From Planctomycetota bacterium (GTDB lineage Bacteria; Planctomycetota; UBA1135; UBA2386): a DNA stretch of 64,000 nucleotides. The position numbers and the translations under genes were made by a program. The stretch covers positions 32,001 through 96,000 of the forward strand of contig OZ245006.1 in the NCBI GenBank assembly GCA_965223545.1. Reading direction: 5' to 3'. How positions within the stretch are numbered: position 1 is the stretch's first letter; each line of letters starts with the position of its first letter. The notes beneath the pieces were generated by a model, which did no database searches, had not been told where the DNA came from, and worked only from the letters and a program-made list of their open reading frames with translations. Below are positions 50,841-59,729 of this stretch, in pieces.

Positions 50841-51497
50841 TCAGCGCCGCTCCTCGAGCGACGCCAGCAAGCGCACGCCCGCGCGGCTGATCCGATGACT
50901 CACCGCCTTCTCGGTCACGCCCATGCGCTCGGCGATCTCCCGCTGGGTCAGCCCCACGACCCGGGCCAGCAGCAGCATCTCGCGGTCGTCCTTGGGCAGC
51001 CGGTCCATCGCCTGTTCGATGCGCAGCGCCTGCTCGTGGGCGATCGCGTGCTGGCTCGGGCTGGGCTCGAGGCTGCACAGGGTCGCGTACAGGTCCGCGC
51101 CGACCGACGACCGGCCGTCGTCGCCGGCCTCGGCGCGCGCCTCGCGCGCGACGTCCCGTTTCTGGGCGCGGTGGAACTCGCCCTTCTGCCGCACCTTGTT
51201 GAGCGCCGCGGTGAACAGCCAGGCGCGGAAGCTGCCCGCACCGCGGAACTCGAAGCCCGGCAGGTCCTCCAGCACCTCGCGGCAGACCGATTGCACCAGG
51301 TCCGACTGCGACTCGCGGACCCGGAGGCGGGGGTCGACCTGCAGGCGGACGAAAGCGCGCAGATCGCCGAGGTGCTCGCCGATCAGCTGATCGAGCGCAC
51401 CCGGCTCCCGTTGCAGGGCGGCGCGGACCGTGATCTCGGTGCGGTCATCCTTCGATGGCGAACCGGGTCCACGGGGAGCACCTGCGATATCCTGCAT
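50841..51497 (-). CDS. ECF RNA polymerase sigma factor (kinase-associated type)
   Basis: Region 2 ESQSDLVQSV...FRAWL...A.NK; PSPSQ.A linker; region 4 LP..DREML.L....GL...EIAERMG. Confidence 0.9.
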   Translation of the reverse strand: MQDIAGAPRGPGSPSKDDRTEITVRAALQREPGALDQLIGEHLGDLRAFVRLQVDPRLRVRESQSDLVQSVCREVLEDLPGFEFRGAGSFRAWLFTAALNKVRQKGEFHRAQKRDVAREARAEAGDDGRSSVGADLYATLCSLEPSPSQHAIAHEQALRIEQAMDRLPKDDREMLLLARVVGLTQREIAERMGVTEKAVSHRISRAGVRLLASLEERR

Positions 51498-51529
51498 GGT
51501 CTCCCATGCTACGGCGCGGGAGGCCCGAT

Positions 51530-54500
51530 GTGGATGCGATGACGGACGACGCGATCGACGTCCTGCTGACCGAGTGCATGGAGCTGCCCACCACCGAGAG
51601 GGGCGAGCGCGTGGAGCGCCTTTGCACCGACCACCCGGCGCTGGCGGCCGAGCTGCGGCGGCGCTACCAGCGGCTCATCGAGCTCGGCATCTTCGCGCCG
51701 GCGCCGGCGGCGGAGGATCGCGGCGGGCCCGCGCGCCTCGGTCCCTTCCGGCTGCTGCGCCGGGTCGGCGGGGGTGGCATGGGCGTGGTCTACGAGGCGC
51801 ACGACGAGAAGCTCGACCGCCGCGTCGCGCTCAAGGTGCTGCGCCGCGACCAGATGTACTTCGACGGCGCGCGACAGCGCTTCGGCCGCGAGGTGCTCGC
51901 CGCCAGCCGCCTCGACCACCCGAACATCTGCCCGGTCTACGAGGCTGGCGAGATCGACGGCGTGCCCTACCTCGCGATGCGCTTCGTCGACGGGCCGAGT
52001 GTCGCGCAAGTGATCGACGAACGGCGGGGCGCGCGCGGCAACGGTGCCCGCGGCACGACCGGGGGCAGCGACAGCCGCGGCGGGGACCAGGTGGCCCTGG
52101 TCGAGAAGCTCGCCCGCGCGCTGCACACCGCGCACGGGGCCGGCCTGGTCCACCGCGACGTCAAGCCCGCCAACGTCCTGATCGACCGCGACGGCGAGCC
52201 GGTGCTGGTCGACTTCGGGCTCGCGCGCGACGTGGGCTCCGAGCTGTCCGGGCTCACCCGCACCGGCGAGCGGCTCGGCACGCCGGCCTACATGGCCCCC
52301 GAGCAGGTCGCCGGCGGCGACGTCGACCGCCGCGCCGACGTGTACGCGCTGGGTGCGCTGCTGTACGAATGCTTGACGTTGCGCGCTCCGTTTGCCTCAC
52401 ATGCGCGCGAGGATCTCTACCGGCAGATCCTCTCCGAGACCCCGAGCGATCTCCGCATGCACGACCGCGGGATCAGCCGCGAGTTGTGCGTGGTGGTCGA
52501 GAAGGCCCTGCAGAAGAGGCCCGGCGACCGTTTCGCGACTGCCGAAGATCTCGCCGAGGAGCTGCGCCGCATCCGCACCCACGAGCCGATCCGCAGCAAA
52601 CGCCCCGGTCTCGGTCTGCGTACCCTGCGCTGGTGCCAACGCAACCGGGTCGCGACCACAATCCTCCTGGCGACCCTGATCGGCCTCATCGTCGCCATCG
52701 GTTTCGTCGTGCAACTGAACGCCGGCAACCGCGCCACGCGGGCTGCAGGTCTGGTCCAGGCCGCGTCGAACGAGGGCCGCCGCAACCCGCGGCTGGCGCT
52801 GGCGCTGGCGCGGGAGGCGTACCATCTCACTCCATCCACCGCGACCTCCGCCCAGCTCCACGAGTCGCTGTTCGAGCACCGCGAGATCGCACGCTTTGCC
52901 CTGCACGACAAGGGGATCATGCAGGCCTGCTGGTCGGCGGACGGCGACCGCATCCTGACGGCGTCGCTGGATCGGTCGGCCGCGGTGTGGGATGCCGCGA
53001 CCGGCGCCCCGATCGCGCGGTTCGAACATCCGGCCGAGGTCCGCTCGGCGGCCTTCGATCCGACCGACCCCGACCGGGTGCTCACCGCGTGCGGGGACGG
53101 CAAGGCCTACTTGTGGCGGCTGGGCGACCTCGACCCCGAGCGGGAGTTGGTGGCCGATCCGCCGGCGCGGGGTCGCTGCTGGAACGTGGCGTTCTCGGAC
53201 AGTGGCCAGCGCATCGTCGCGAGCACGGACCGCGGTGCGATCACGGTGTGGGCCGACGACGGCACCCGAGTCGTGTGGAGCGAGAGAACGGACCAATTCG
53301 TGTGGCTCGTCGCGTTTGCCCCGGGCTCCGAGTCTCGCCTCCTCACTGCCGGAGTTGGCGGTAGGATCCACGTGTGGGATCTCGTGGCGGGCGAGTCGAT
53401 CGTCACCTCGGAGTACCCGTTGGTCCAGATCAACGACGAGTACGCCTTGGTCCAGATCAACGGCGGCGCGTGGTCACGGGATGGCAAGTACTTCGTGACC
53501 GCGGGAAACGACCAGCATGCGGTCGTCTGGACAGCGGCCGGCGTGCCACTGCAGACCCTGTCGGATCACGACGGACCGGTACAGGCCGCCGACTTCTCCC
53601 CGGCGGAGGGTTCGCGTTGGCTGGCGACAGCGTCGCGCGATCATGTCGTGCGCGTGTTCGATCGACGCACCGAGCGAACGCCGATCGTGCTGCGCGGTCA
53701 CGAGGACACCGTCAACTCCATCGAGTTTTCGCCCGACGGCCAGCGCCTGCTCAGCGCCGACCTCGGTGGTGTCGTGCGCGTGTGGGCTCTGCACCCCTGC
53801 GCTCCCGACCTCATCGACTTCCACGACCATCCGGCCATCGTATTCAAGGCAGTCTCCATCCCCGCGACCGGGGAGGTGATCTCCGCGGGCTATCGCCACA
53901 TGGTGGTTTGGGATCCCGCGTCCGGTACGGTGATCGCGCGCATTCCCGTGAGCGATATCGTCCGCGACCTCTGTTTCGGGTCGAACGGCAAGCGCCTCGT
54001 GCGGACCAACCTGAATTACGCCGAGATCCTGGACACCGAAAGCTGGGAGGTGATCGGCACGACCAGCGGAATCGAGCACGGTGGAGTCGAGCAGGAGGTG
54101 CGCTGGTCCGCTCTCGCGTCGGATGGCACGACGGTCGTGGGTGTCGTACCCAGCACCCAGATCGCGACGGCGTACGACCTGCGCGAGCGGAGTGTGCTCT
54201 GGTCGAAGGAGCCCGAGCGCGCGGAGAACATGAGCGCCGGGGAGGGGGGGGCGGCGACCGTCGTCGGCCCTACCCATGCCTTGTGGTCGGATGTCATATT
54301 CTCGCCGCGCGATCCTGGCGTCGTCGTCACGACGGCGTTCGACGGCGTGCTCGTGCGCGACCTCGCGACGGGCGACGAGGTGCGACGCTTCTCGGGTCAC
54401 CGCGGCCGAGTCAACTCGCTGGCGTTCTCCCCGGGGGGAGACCGACTCCTGACCGGCGCGGCGGACGCTACGGCACGCCTGTGGGACTTCGACACGGCCG

Positions 54501-54862
54501 ATCCCATCACGGAGTACCCGCACCGTGCGCCGATCACCGCTGTGGCGTACGACCTGGACGGCACCCGCGTCGCGGCGGGAGACAAGAGCGGCGAGATCGC
54601 GGTGTGGAACCTCGACGGCGAGCGGGTCGCGACCCTGCGCGGCCACCGCAGCACGATCCAGTCGCTGGAGTTCATCGAGGTCGACGGCCGCACCCGCCTG
54701 CTGAGCGCGTCGACGGACGGCACGGTCCGCACCTGGATCACCGAGGAGGGCGAGCTGCTCGAGGTCGTCGACCGTCGGCTCGGCGGCCAGAGCTTCGAGC
54801 GCTCCGAGCTCGAGCCCTACGCTAGCCTGCTGGGCGACCGGCTCGAAGTGTTGGTGCGCTGA
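51530..54862 (+). CDS. Membrane Ser/Thr protein kinase with C-terminal WD40 repeats
   Basis: GGAGG 6 nt before GTG 51530; GGGGMGVVY, VALK, HRDVKPAN, DFGLA, GTPAYMAPE; TM helix; GH...V..h.FSPDG..h.S..D..hR.W repeats. Confidence 0.93.
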   Translation: MDAMTDDAIDVLLTECMELPTTERGERVERLCTDHPALAAELRRRYQRLIELGIFAPAPAAEDRGGPARLGPFRLLRRVGGGGMGVVYEAHDEKLDRRVALKVLRRDQMYFDGARQRFGREVLAASRLDHPNICPVYEAGEIDGVPYLAMRFVDGPSVAQVIDERRGARGNGARGTTGGSDSRGGDQVALVEKLARALHTAHGAGLVHRDVKPANVLIDRDGEPVLVDFGLARDVGSELSGLTRTGERLGTPAYMAPEQVAGGDVDRRADVYALGALLYECLTLRAPFASHAREDLYRQILSETPSDLRMHDRGISRELCVVVEKALQKRPGDRFATAEDLAEELRRIRTHEPIRSKRPGLGLRTLRWCQRNRVATTILLATLIGLIVAIGFVVQLNAGNRATRAAGLVQAASNEGRRNPRLALALAREAYHLTPSTATSAQLHESLFEHREIARFALHDKGIMQACWSADGDRILTASLDRSAAVWDAATGAPIARFEHPAEVRSAAFDPTDPDRVLTACGDGKAYLWRLGDLDPERELVADPPARGRCWNVAFSDSGQRIVASTDRGAITVWADDGTRVVWSERTDQFVWLVAFAPGSESRLLTAGVGGRIHVWDLVAGESIVTSEYPLVQINDEYALVQINGGAWSRDGKYFVTAGNDQHAVVWTAAGVPLQTLSDHDGPVQAADFSPAEGSRWLATASRDHVVRVFDRRTERTPIVLRGHEDTVNSIEFSPDGQRLLSADLGGVVRVWALHPCAPDLIDFHDHPAIVFKAVSIPATGEVISAGYRHMVVWDPASGTVIARIPVSDIVRDLCFGSNGKRLVRTNLNYAEILDTESWEVIGTTSGIEHGGVEQEVRWSALASDGTTVVGVVPSTQIATAYDLRERSVLWSKEPERAENMSAGEGGAATVVGPTHALWSDVIFSPRDPGVVVTTAFDGVLVRDLATGDEVRRFSGHRGRVNSLAFSPGGDRLLTGAADATARLWDFDTADPITEYPHRAPITAVAYDLDGTRVAAGDKSGEIAVWNLDGERVATLRGHRSTIQSLEFIEVDGRTRLLSASTDGTVRTWITEEGELLEVVDRRLGGQSFERSELEPYASLLGDRLEVLVR

Positions 54863-54907
54863 GGGAGCAACGTCTGCCGGCCGCGAGGCTCGAGAGAACA
54901 ACGCCGC

Positions 54908-54959
54908 GGCCGGGATTTCGTGGGGGGAGTGGCGACGGCTCCGACTCTCGCCTGCATGC
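54908..54959 (+). promoter_or_regulatory. Copy B of the 52-bp direct repeat (candidate ECF-dependent promoter) upstream of the SBBP gene
   Basis: 43/52 identical to 50721-50772; its terminal ATG (54956) is in frame with the downstream CDS. Confidence 0.6.
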
Positions 54960-55021
54960 CTCGCGGATGTCACGTCGCTGAGGCGCTGTTCCAGAGTCCC
55001 GATCACAACCGGAGAAGAACG

Positions 55022-57664
55022 ATGATCCCCAGCCGTACCCGTCCCGTTTCGCTGAGTCCGGGGTCCGACAGCACGCGCGGCCAGCAGCCGACCCGAACCG
55101 ATCACCCCGGCAAGCCGCACCTCGTAGTGCGGGCCCGCCGTCCCATCGCCTCTCTGGTGGTGGTGGCGCTCGCGCAAGTCACCACCGCCCAGGAGGTCGA
55201 CCTCGCGACGGTGCGCCCGACCCCGGCGTTCGTCGCGAACCACGGCCAATGGCCAGCCGAGGTGCGGTTCCGCTACCAACACGGACCGGCCACGGCATGG
55301 CTGCACGACGACGGGCTGACCCTCGCGCTGACCAGGGGCGAGCGGCGCGCCACGCCTCCGTCGGGGGAGGGATCGCCCACCGCAGAGGTCGAGCGCGCGA
55401 CCGCGATCATCCGCATTGCCTTCGAAGGTGCCGGCGCCGCGAGCCGGGCGCGCGGCGAGAATCGGTTGGGCGCGCGCCACAACTTCTACCTCGGCCGCGA
55501 CGCGAGCCGTTGGGCTGCCGCTGTGCCGGCGTTCGCATCCGTTGTGCAGCCGGCAATCACCACCGGCGTCGATGCCACCTGGCAGCACCGCGACGGGCGC
55601 CTCGCCTACGACCTCCACGTCGGCGCGGGCGTGAACGCCGCCGCGGTCGTCACCCGGATCGACGGCGCGCGCTCGCTGCGCGTCGGGCCGGAGGGTCGGC
55701 TGATCGTCGAGAGCGAGCTCGGCGACGTCGCGCTGACCGCGCCGCGCAGCTGGGAGGTCACGGCGGGCGGGCGGCGTGACGTGGCCTCGCGCTTCGTCGT
55801 GCTCGACGCGCAGCGTTACCGCATCGAGGTCGACCGCCTCGACCAGTCGGTGCCGCTCGTCGTCGATCCCGGCCTCGAGTGGGGCACGTACCTCGGCGGT
55901 AGCAAGAACGAGGCATTGGGCACGGTTCGCGTCGACCGATCGGACTACATCTACGTCACGGGGTGGACACAGAGCCCCGACTTTCCTGTGACCACCACGC
56001 CGGTGTTCGGTGGCGGCAACGTCGACATCTTCGTGTCGTGCCTCGACCCCAACGTGTCGGGCAACTCAACGCTGGTCTGGTCGACCTACCTCGGCGGCTC
56101 CAGCAACGAGGTGGGAAACGACCTGCACGTGACAGCCGATGGCAACACTACGACCGTCGTCGGCCTGTCCGACTCGGCCGACTTGCCCACGACGCCGGGT
56201 GCGTTCCAGACCAGCCTGCCCGGTGTCAGAGCCGGAGTCGTAGCGCAGCTCGACGCCGTCGGAGCACGCATTTACGCCTCGTTCCTCGGCGCCTCCGGCA
56301 GCGACCGCATCTGCGCGATCGAAAGCCACCCCGCCGGCGGGTTCGCGATCGCGGGGTACAGCGACTCAGCGGACTTTCCGGCCACCCCCGGCAGCTACCA
56401 GCCAACGCCGGCGGGACAATTCGACGCCTTCGTGGCGCGCTTCGATCCGAGCATGATCGGCGCCGCGCAGCTTGCGAGCGCGACGTATCTCGGCGGATCC
56501 GGGGACGAAGGCACCTGGCAGCAAGGCGCTTTCATCTACAACAACTTCGCCGACGTCGTGGTGGCCCCGAATGGCGCGGTGACCGTCGTCGGCGAAACAA
56601 GCAGCAGCAGCTTCCCGACGACGGCTTCGGCCTTCGCCCGCACCCATGCCGGAGGCAGCCGCGACGCGTTCCTGAGCCAGCTCGATGGCTCCCTCGCGAC
56701 GCTGCTGTACTCGACGTTCCTCGGTTCAGCCGGCGAAGACGGGGCCTGGGCCGTCGAGCGGAACAACGCCGGCGAGCACGTGGTCTCGGGCTTCTCCGAT
56801 GCGGCCGGATTCCCGGTGACGGCGGGCGCGTTCCAGACCGTTTTCGGTGGCGGGGGTGCGGACGGCGTGCTCTGCGTGCTGGATACCTCGCTCGCCGGAA
56901 CGGCGAGCCTGCGCTACTCGACCTACGTCGGCGGTGACGGCTTCGACGAGTCGTTCGGGCTGTCGGTCGAGAGCTCGGGCGTCATCACCGCGGCGTGTAT
57001 CTGCCGGGGTGGTGGCTTTCCGGTCACCGCCGGTGCGATGCAGACGACCTACACCGGCACTCTCGCGATGGGCGCGGTCGTGCGCCTGGACCCGGCGGGG
57101 AACGGTTCCTCCGACCTGCACTACGGCAGCTACGTGGGGGGCGGCGCGGGGGGCGACGCCTGCGTGGCCGTGGCGGTGCGCGCCGACGGTCGTGCGGTGC
57201 TGCCCGGCACGACCACCTCGGTCGGCTTCGCGTTCCCCGGTAGCCCGTTGCAGCCGCTGCTCGCGGGGGGCGGCGATGCCTTCGTCGCCGTCGCGGACCT
57301 GATCCCCGCCAACGTGACGCGCGTCGGCGGTGGATCGGGCGCGTGCACCGACGTCGACTTGCAGATCGACTCGATGCCGGCGCCCGGCGCGCCCTTTCAG
57401 CTGATCTGCAACGAAGCTCCGGCGCCGAGCGGCGTCCTGATCGTCGGCACGCCACTGCAGCTGCCGATCGCCGGGATCGAGCTACTGGTTCTGCCGGCGG
57501 TGTCCGTTCCGGTCTTCGCGGCGAGCGGCGCGGTCCGCACCCAGCTGACGCCGCCCGCCGGGATTACCCTGCCGGTCGGCATTCGCTTCCAGTACGTGTT
57601 CGCCACAAGCCCGAGCTGCCCGTTCGCGCTGCCGCTGTCGGCGAGTGACGCGCTCGAGTTCTGA
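55022..57664 (+). CDS. Secreted SBBP-repeat beta-propeller protein with N-terminal F..N.GQW domain and C-terminal candidate sorting domain
   Basis: FVANHGQWP..V.F; PLVVDP; seven (W/Y)STYLGGS-type repeats with S.DFP.T.GA.Q; GGAG before ATG 55022 (alternative start 54956). Confidence 0.88.
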   Translation: MIPSRTRPVSLSPGSDSTRGQQPTRTDHPGKPHLVVRARRPIASLVVVALAQVTTAQEVDLATVRPTPAFVANHGQWPAEVRFRYQHGPATAWLHDDGLTLALTRGERRATPPSGEGSPTAEVERATAIIRIAFEGAGAASRARGENRLGARHNFYLGRDASRWAAAVPAFASVVQPAITTGVDATWQHRDGRLAYDLHVGAGVNAAAVVTRIDGARSLRVGPEGRLIVESELGDVALTAPRSWEVTAGGRRDVASRFVVLDAQRYRIEVDRLDQSVPLVVDPGLEWGTYLGGSKNEALGTVRVDRSDYIYVTGWTQSPDFPVTTTPVFGGGNVDIFVSCLDPNVSGNSTLVWSTYLGGSSNEVGNDLHVTADGNTTTVVGLSDSADLPTTPGAFQTSLPGVRAGVVAQLDAVGARIYASFLGASGSDRICAIESHPAGGFAIAGYSDSADFPATPGSYQPTPAGQFDAFVARFDPSMIGAAQLASATYLGGSGDEGTWQQGAFIYNNFADVVVAPNGAVTVVGETSSSSFPTTASAFARTHAGGSRDAFLSQLDGSLATLLYSTFLGSAGEDGAWAVERNNAGEHVVSGFSDAAGFPVTAGAFQTVFGGGGADGVLCVLDTSLAGTASLRYSTYVGGDGFDESFGLSVESSGVITAACICRGGGFPVTAGAMQTTYTGTLAMGAVVRLDPAGNGSSDLHYGSYVGGGAGGDACVAVAVRADGRAVLPGTTTSVGFAFPGSPLQPLLAGGGDAFVAVADLIPANVTRVGGGSGACTDVDLQIDSMPAPGAPFQLICNEAPAPSGVLIVGTPLQLPIAGIELLVLPAVSVPVFAASGAVRTQLTPPAGITLPVGIRFQYVFATSPSCPFALPLSASDALEF

Positions 57665-57666
57665 AC

Positions 57667-57707
57667 CCGGGCAGCTCAGCGATCTTCTTGCGCGCCGTGC
57701 TGCCCGG
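57667..57707. terminator. Possible hairpin between the convergent SBBP gene and tRNA-Ala
   Basis: CCGGGCAGC / GCTGCCCGG 9-bp perfect stem with a long loop; no clear U-tract. Confidence 0.3.
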
Positions 57708-57763
57708 CAGGGCTACGACGGCAAGCCCGGAACGCGTCAGGCGCGCTCGACAAGGGGAAGAAC

Positions 57764-57839
57764 TGGTGGAGAGTAGGGGAGTCGAACCCCTGACCTCGAC
57801 AATGCCATTGTCGCGCTCTACCAACTGAGCTAACTCCCC
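57764..57839 (-). tRNA. tRNA-Ala (anticodon GGC)
   Basis: GGGGAGTTAGCTCAGTTGGTAGAGC...CGACA-ATGGCAT-TGTCG...GGTTCGACTCC...CTCCACCA; 76 nt; G3:U70 pair. Confidence 0.97.
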
Positions 57840-58151
57840 ACACGGGAGTCGCGCCTCGCCGACGCGGGGCAGCAAGCTAGCCGCTGCGCGTCCGAGATCA
57901 AGCGCGCATTTCGCACCGCGCAACCGCTCCCTCCGCCCCGCGGTCCCCAACCCCGACCCGCCCGTGGTGCGGAGACTTTGCCTCTTCCAATTGACGCCGC
58001 AGCGGATAGCATTCCACGGAGTGCTAACAGGTCGGTCAGGACCTGGGGCACGCGGTCCATGGGCGGTCTGTGGATCGGGCGTCGCGCAACCCGCGGGGCC
58101 CACCGACACAACTCAGGTGGGGGTGAGCCCCACCGGTGCAGGGAGGCAGAC

Positions 58152-59081
58152 GTGGTCAAGAAGACCTCGATCTTGAACAAGCTCAAGAACCGTTGGAAGT
58201 CGTCGCCGGTGCGGGTCGAGACCCGCGCCGATGCGAGGGCCGCGAGCGGGGCTGTTGGAAGTGGAGCGGAGCGGACGCCGGCGAACGGCGCCGCGAACCG
58301 CGTGGCGCAGGCGCAACAGGCGACGGCCAACCGGCTGCAGCCGGACCGCGCCGAGCCCGCAGCGCCGCTCGGCAACCTCGCGGCGGAGCGCATGCCCGGC
58401 CGCAAGATGTCGGCCAAGGAGGATGCGCTGGTGGCGTTGGGCGAGGGCTTTCGCGAGCTCTCCGGCCTGGTGCGCGGAGTGCAGACGCGGCTCGATGCGC
58501 AGGGCGACCGCAGCCAGTCGTTCGTCGAAGACCTCCGCGCGCTGCCGGCGCTCGGCCAGGCGCAGATCGAGCTGTTGCGGCAGATGGCCGGCCAGCTCGA
58601 GCAGCAGACCGCCACCAACGGCAAGTTGCTGTCCACGCTCGGCGAGCTGCCGAACGCGCTCTCCGGGGTGCAAGCCGCGCTCAACCGCGCGGCCGCGACC
58701 GACGAGCGGACGGCGAAGACGCTGTCCGAGTTCCAGGGCACCATGGATCGCATCCACGGCGCGATGGAGAAGGTCGTCGACAGCGCTGGCCGGCAGGTGG
58801 ACGCGGCGCAGGCCTTGGTCGATCGGCGCGACGGCGAGCGCGACGACCTGCTCGAGGCGGTGCGCGACGGCAGCCGGCGTGACAACGCCGAGCTGGCCGA
58901 GCAGCTGAGTGCGGCCCGCCGCGAGGACATGGAGGCCATGCGCTCGATGCACACCCGGCAGGTCGCCCAGCTCGACGAGCTCGGCAAGTCGAGTGGCCGG
59001 TTCGGCAACGCCGTCGTCGTGCTGCTGGCGCTGACCTTCCTCGCCATCGCCGGCGTGCTGACCGCGATCGTTGTCGGCTGA
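58152..59081 (+). CDS. Hypothetical coiled-coil protein with C-terminal membrane anchor
   Basis: GGGAGG RBS before GTG; long heptad-rich helices; terminal hydrophobic helix. Confidence 0.72.
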   Translation: MVKKTSILNKLKNRWKSSPVRVETRADARAASGAVGSGAERTPANGAANRVAQAQQATANRLQPDRAEPAAPLGNLAAERMPGRKMSAKEDALVALGEGFRELSGLVRGVQTRLDAQGDRSQSFVEDLRALPALGQAQIELLRQMAGQLEQQTATNGKLLSTLGELPNALSGVQAALNRAAATDERTAKTLSEFQGTMDRIHGAMEKVVDSAGRQVDAAQALVDRRDGERDDLLEAVRDGSRRDNAELAEQLSAARREDMEAMRSMHTRQVAQLDELGKSSGRFGNAVVVLLALTFLAIAGVLTAIVVG

Positions 59082-59676
59082 GCCGCGGCGCGTCCTGCTG
59101 GTGCGCCACGGCGAGACCGAGGGCGAGTCCTCGATCCGCTACCACGGCAGCAACGACGTGGCGCTGTCGGCCGTCGGCCGGGCGCAGATCGAGCGCCTGC
59201 GGCCCAAGGTCTCGGCACACCGCTTCACCGCCGTCGTGCACTCGCCGCTGTCCCGAGCGGTGACATCGGCGCAGGTCTTGGCCGAAGTGCTGCCACCGCC
59301 GGCACCGCCGATGGACGAACGCGCCGACCTGCGCGAGATCGACTTCGGCGCGATCGAGGGCATGACCGACGGCGAGATCAAAGCGGCGATGCCCGAGTGG
59401 CACCGCGCTTGGCGCGCCGGGGAGACCGACGGCTTTCCCGGCGGCGACTCGCTGTCAGAGTTCGACGCTCGAGTGCGCGCCGCGGTGCGTGCGGTCGTGC
59501 AAGACCACCCCCGGGGGGACCTGCTGCTGGTCGCGCACCGCGGCGTGGTGCGCGTGGCGGCCGAGGTGCTGCTCGACCTGCCGGCCGGCAAGGGACCGAC
59601 CGTCGACCTCGGTAGCCTGACAGTCGTGCGCACCGGCTCCACCCCGGAGCTCCAGCTGGTCAACTGGCGCGGCTGA
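59071..59676 (+). CDS. Histidine phosphatase (phosphoglycerate mutase-like) family protein
   Basis: LVRHGET, HSPLSRA, LREIDFG, PGGDS, LVAH.G. Confidence 0.9.
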   Translation: MSAEPRRVLLVRHGETEGESSIRYHGSNDVALSAVGRAQIERLRPKVSAHRFTAVVHSPLSRAVTSAQVLAEVLPPPAPPMDERADLREIDFGAIEGMTDGEIKAAMPEWHRAWRAGETDGFPGGDSLSEFDARVRAAVRAVVQDHPRGDLLLVAHRGVVRVAAEVLLDLPAGKGPTVDLGSLTVVRTGSTPELQLVNWRG

Positions 59677-59729
59677 GGCCACCCGGGGCTCGCTGTCGAC
59701 ACCGGCGGCGAGAAGGCTAACGTCTGCGC

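Noticed and set aside
57764..57790. attL/attR duplication of the tRNA-Ala 3' end bounding a prophage or integrative element
   Set aside because: I found no second copy of TGGTGGAGAGTAGGGG in the window and no integrase or phage genes.
58031..58110. SRP RNA or a known riboswitch
   Set aside because: GGTCAGG is present but the SRP GGAA-loop/GCAGC signature is absent, and I recognised no riboswitch consensus.
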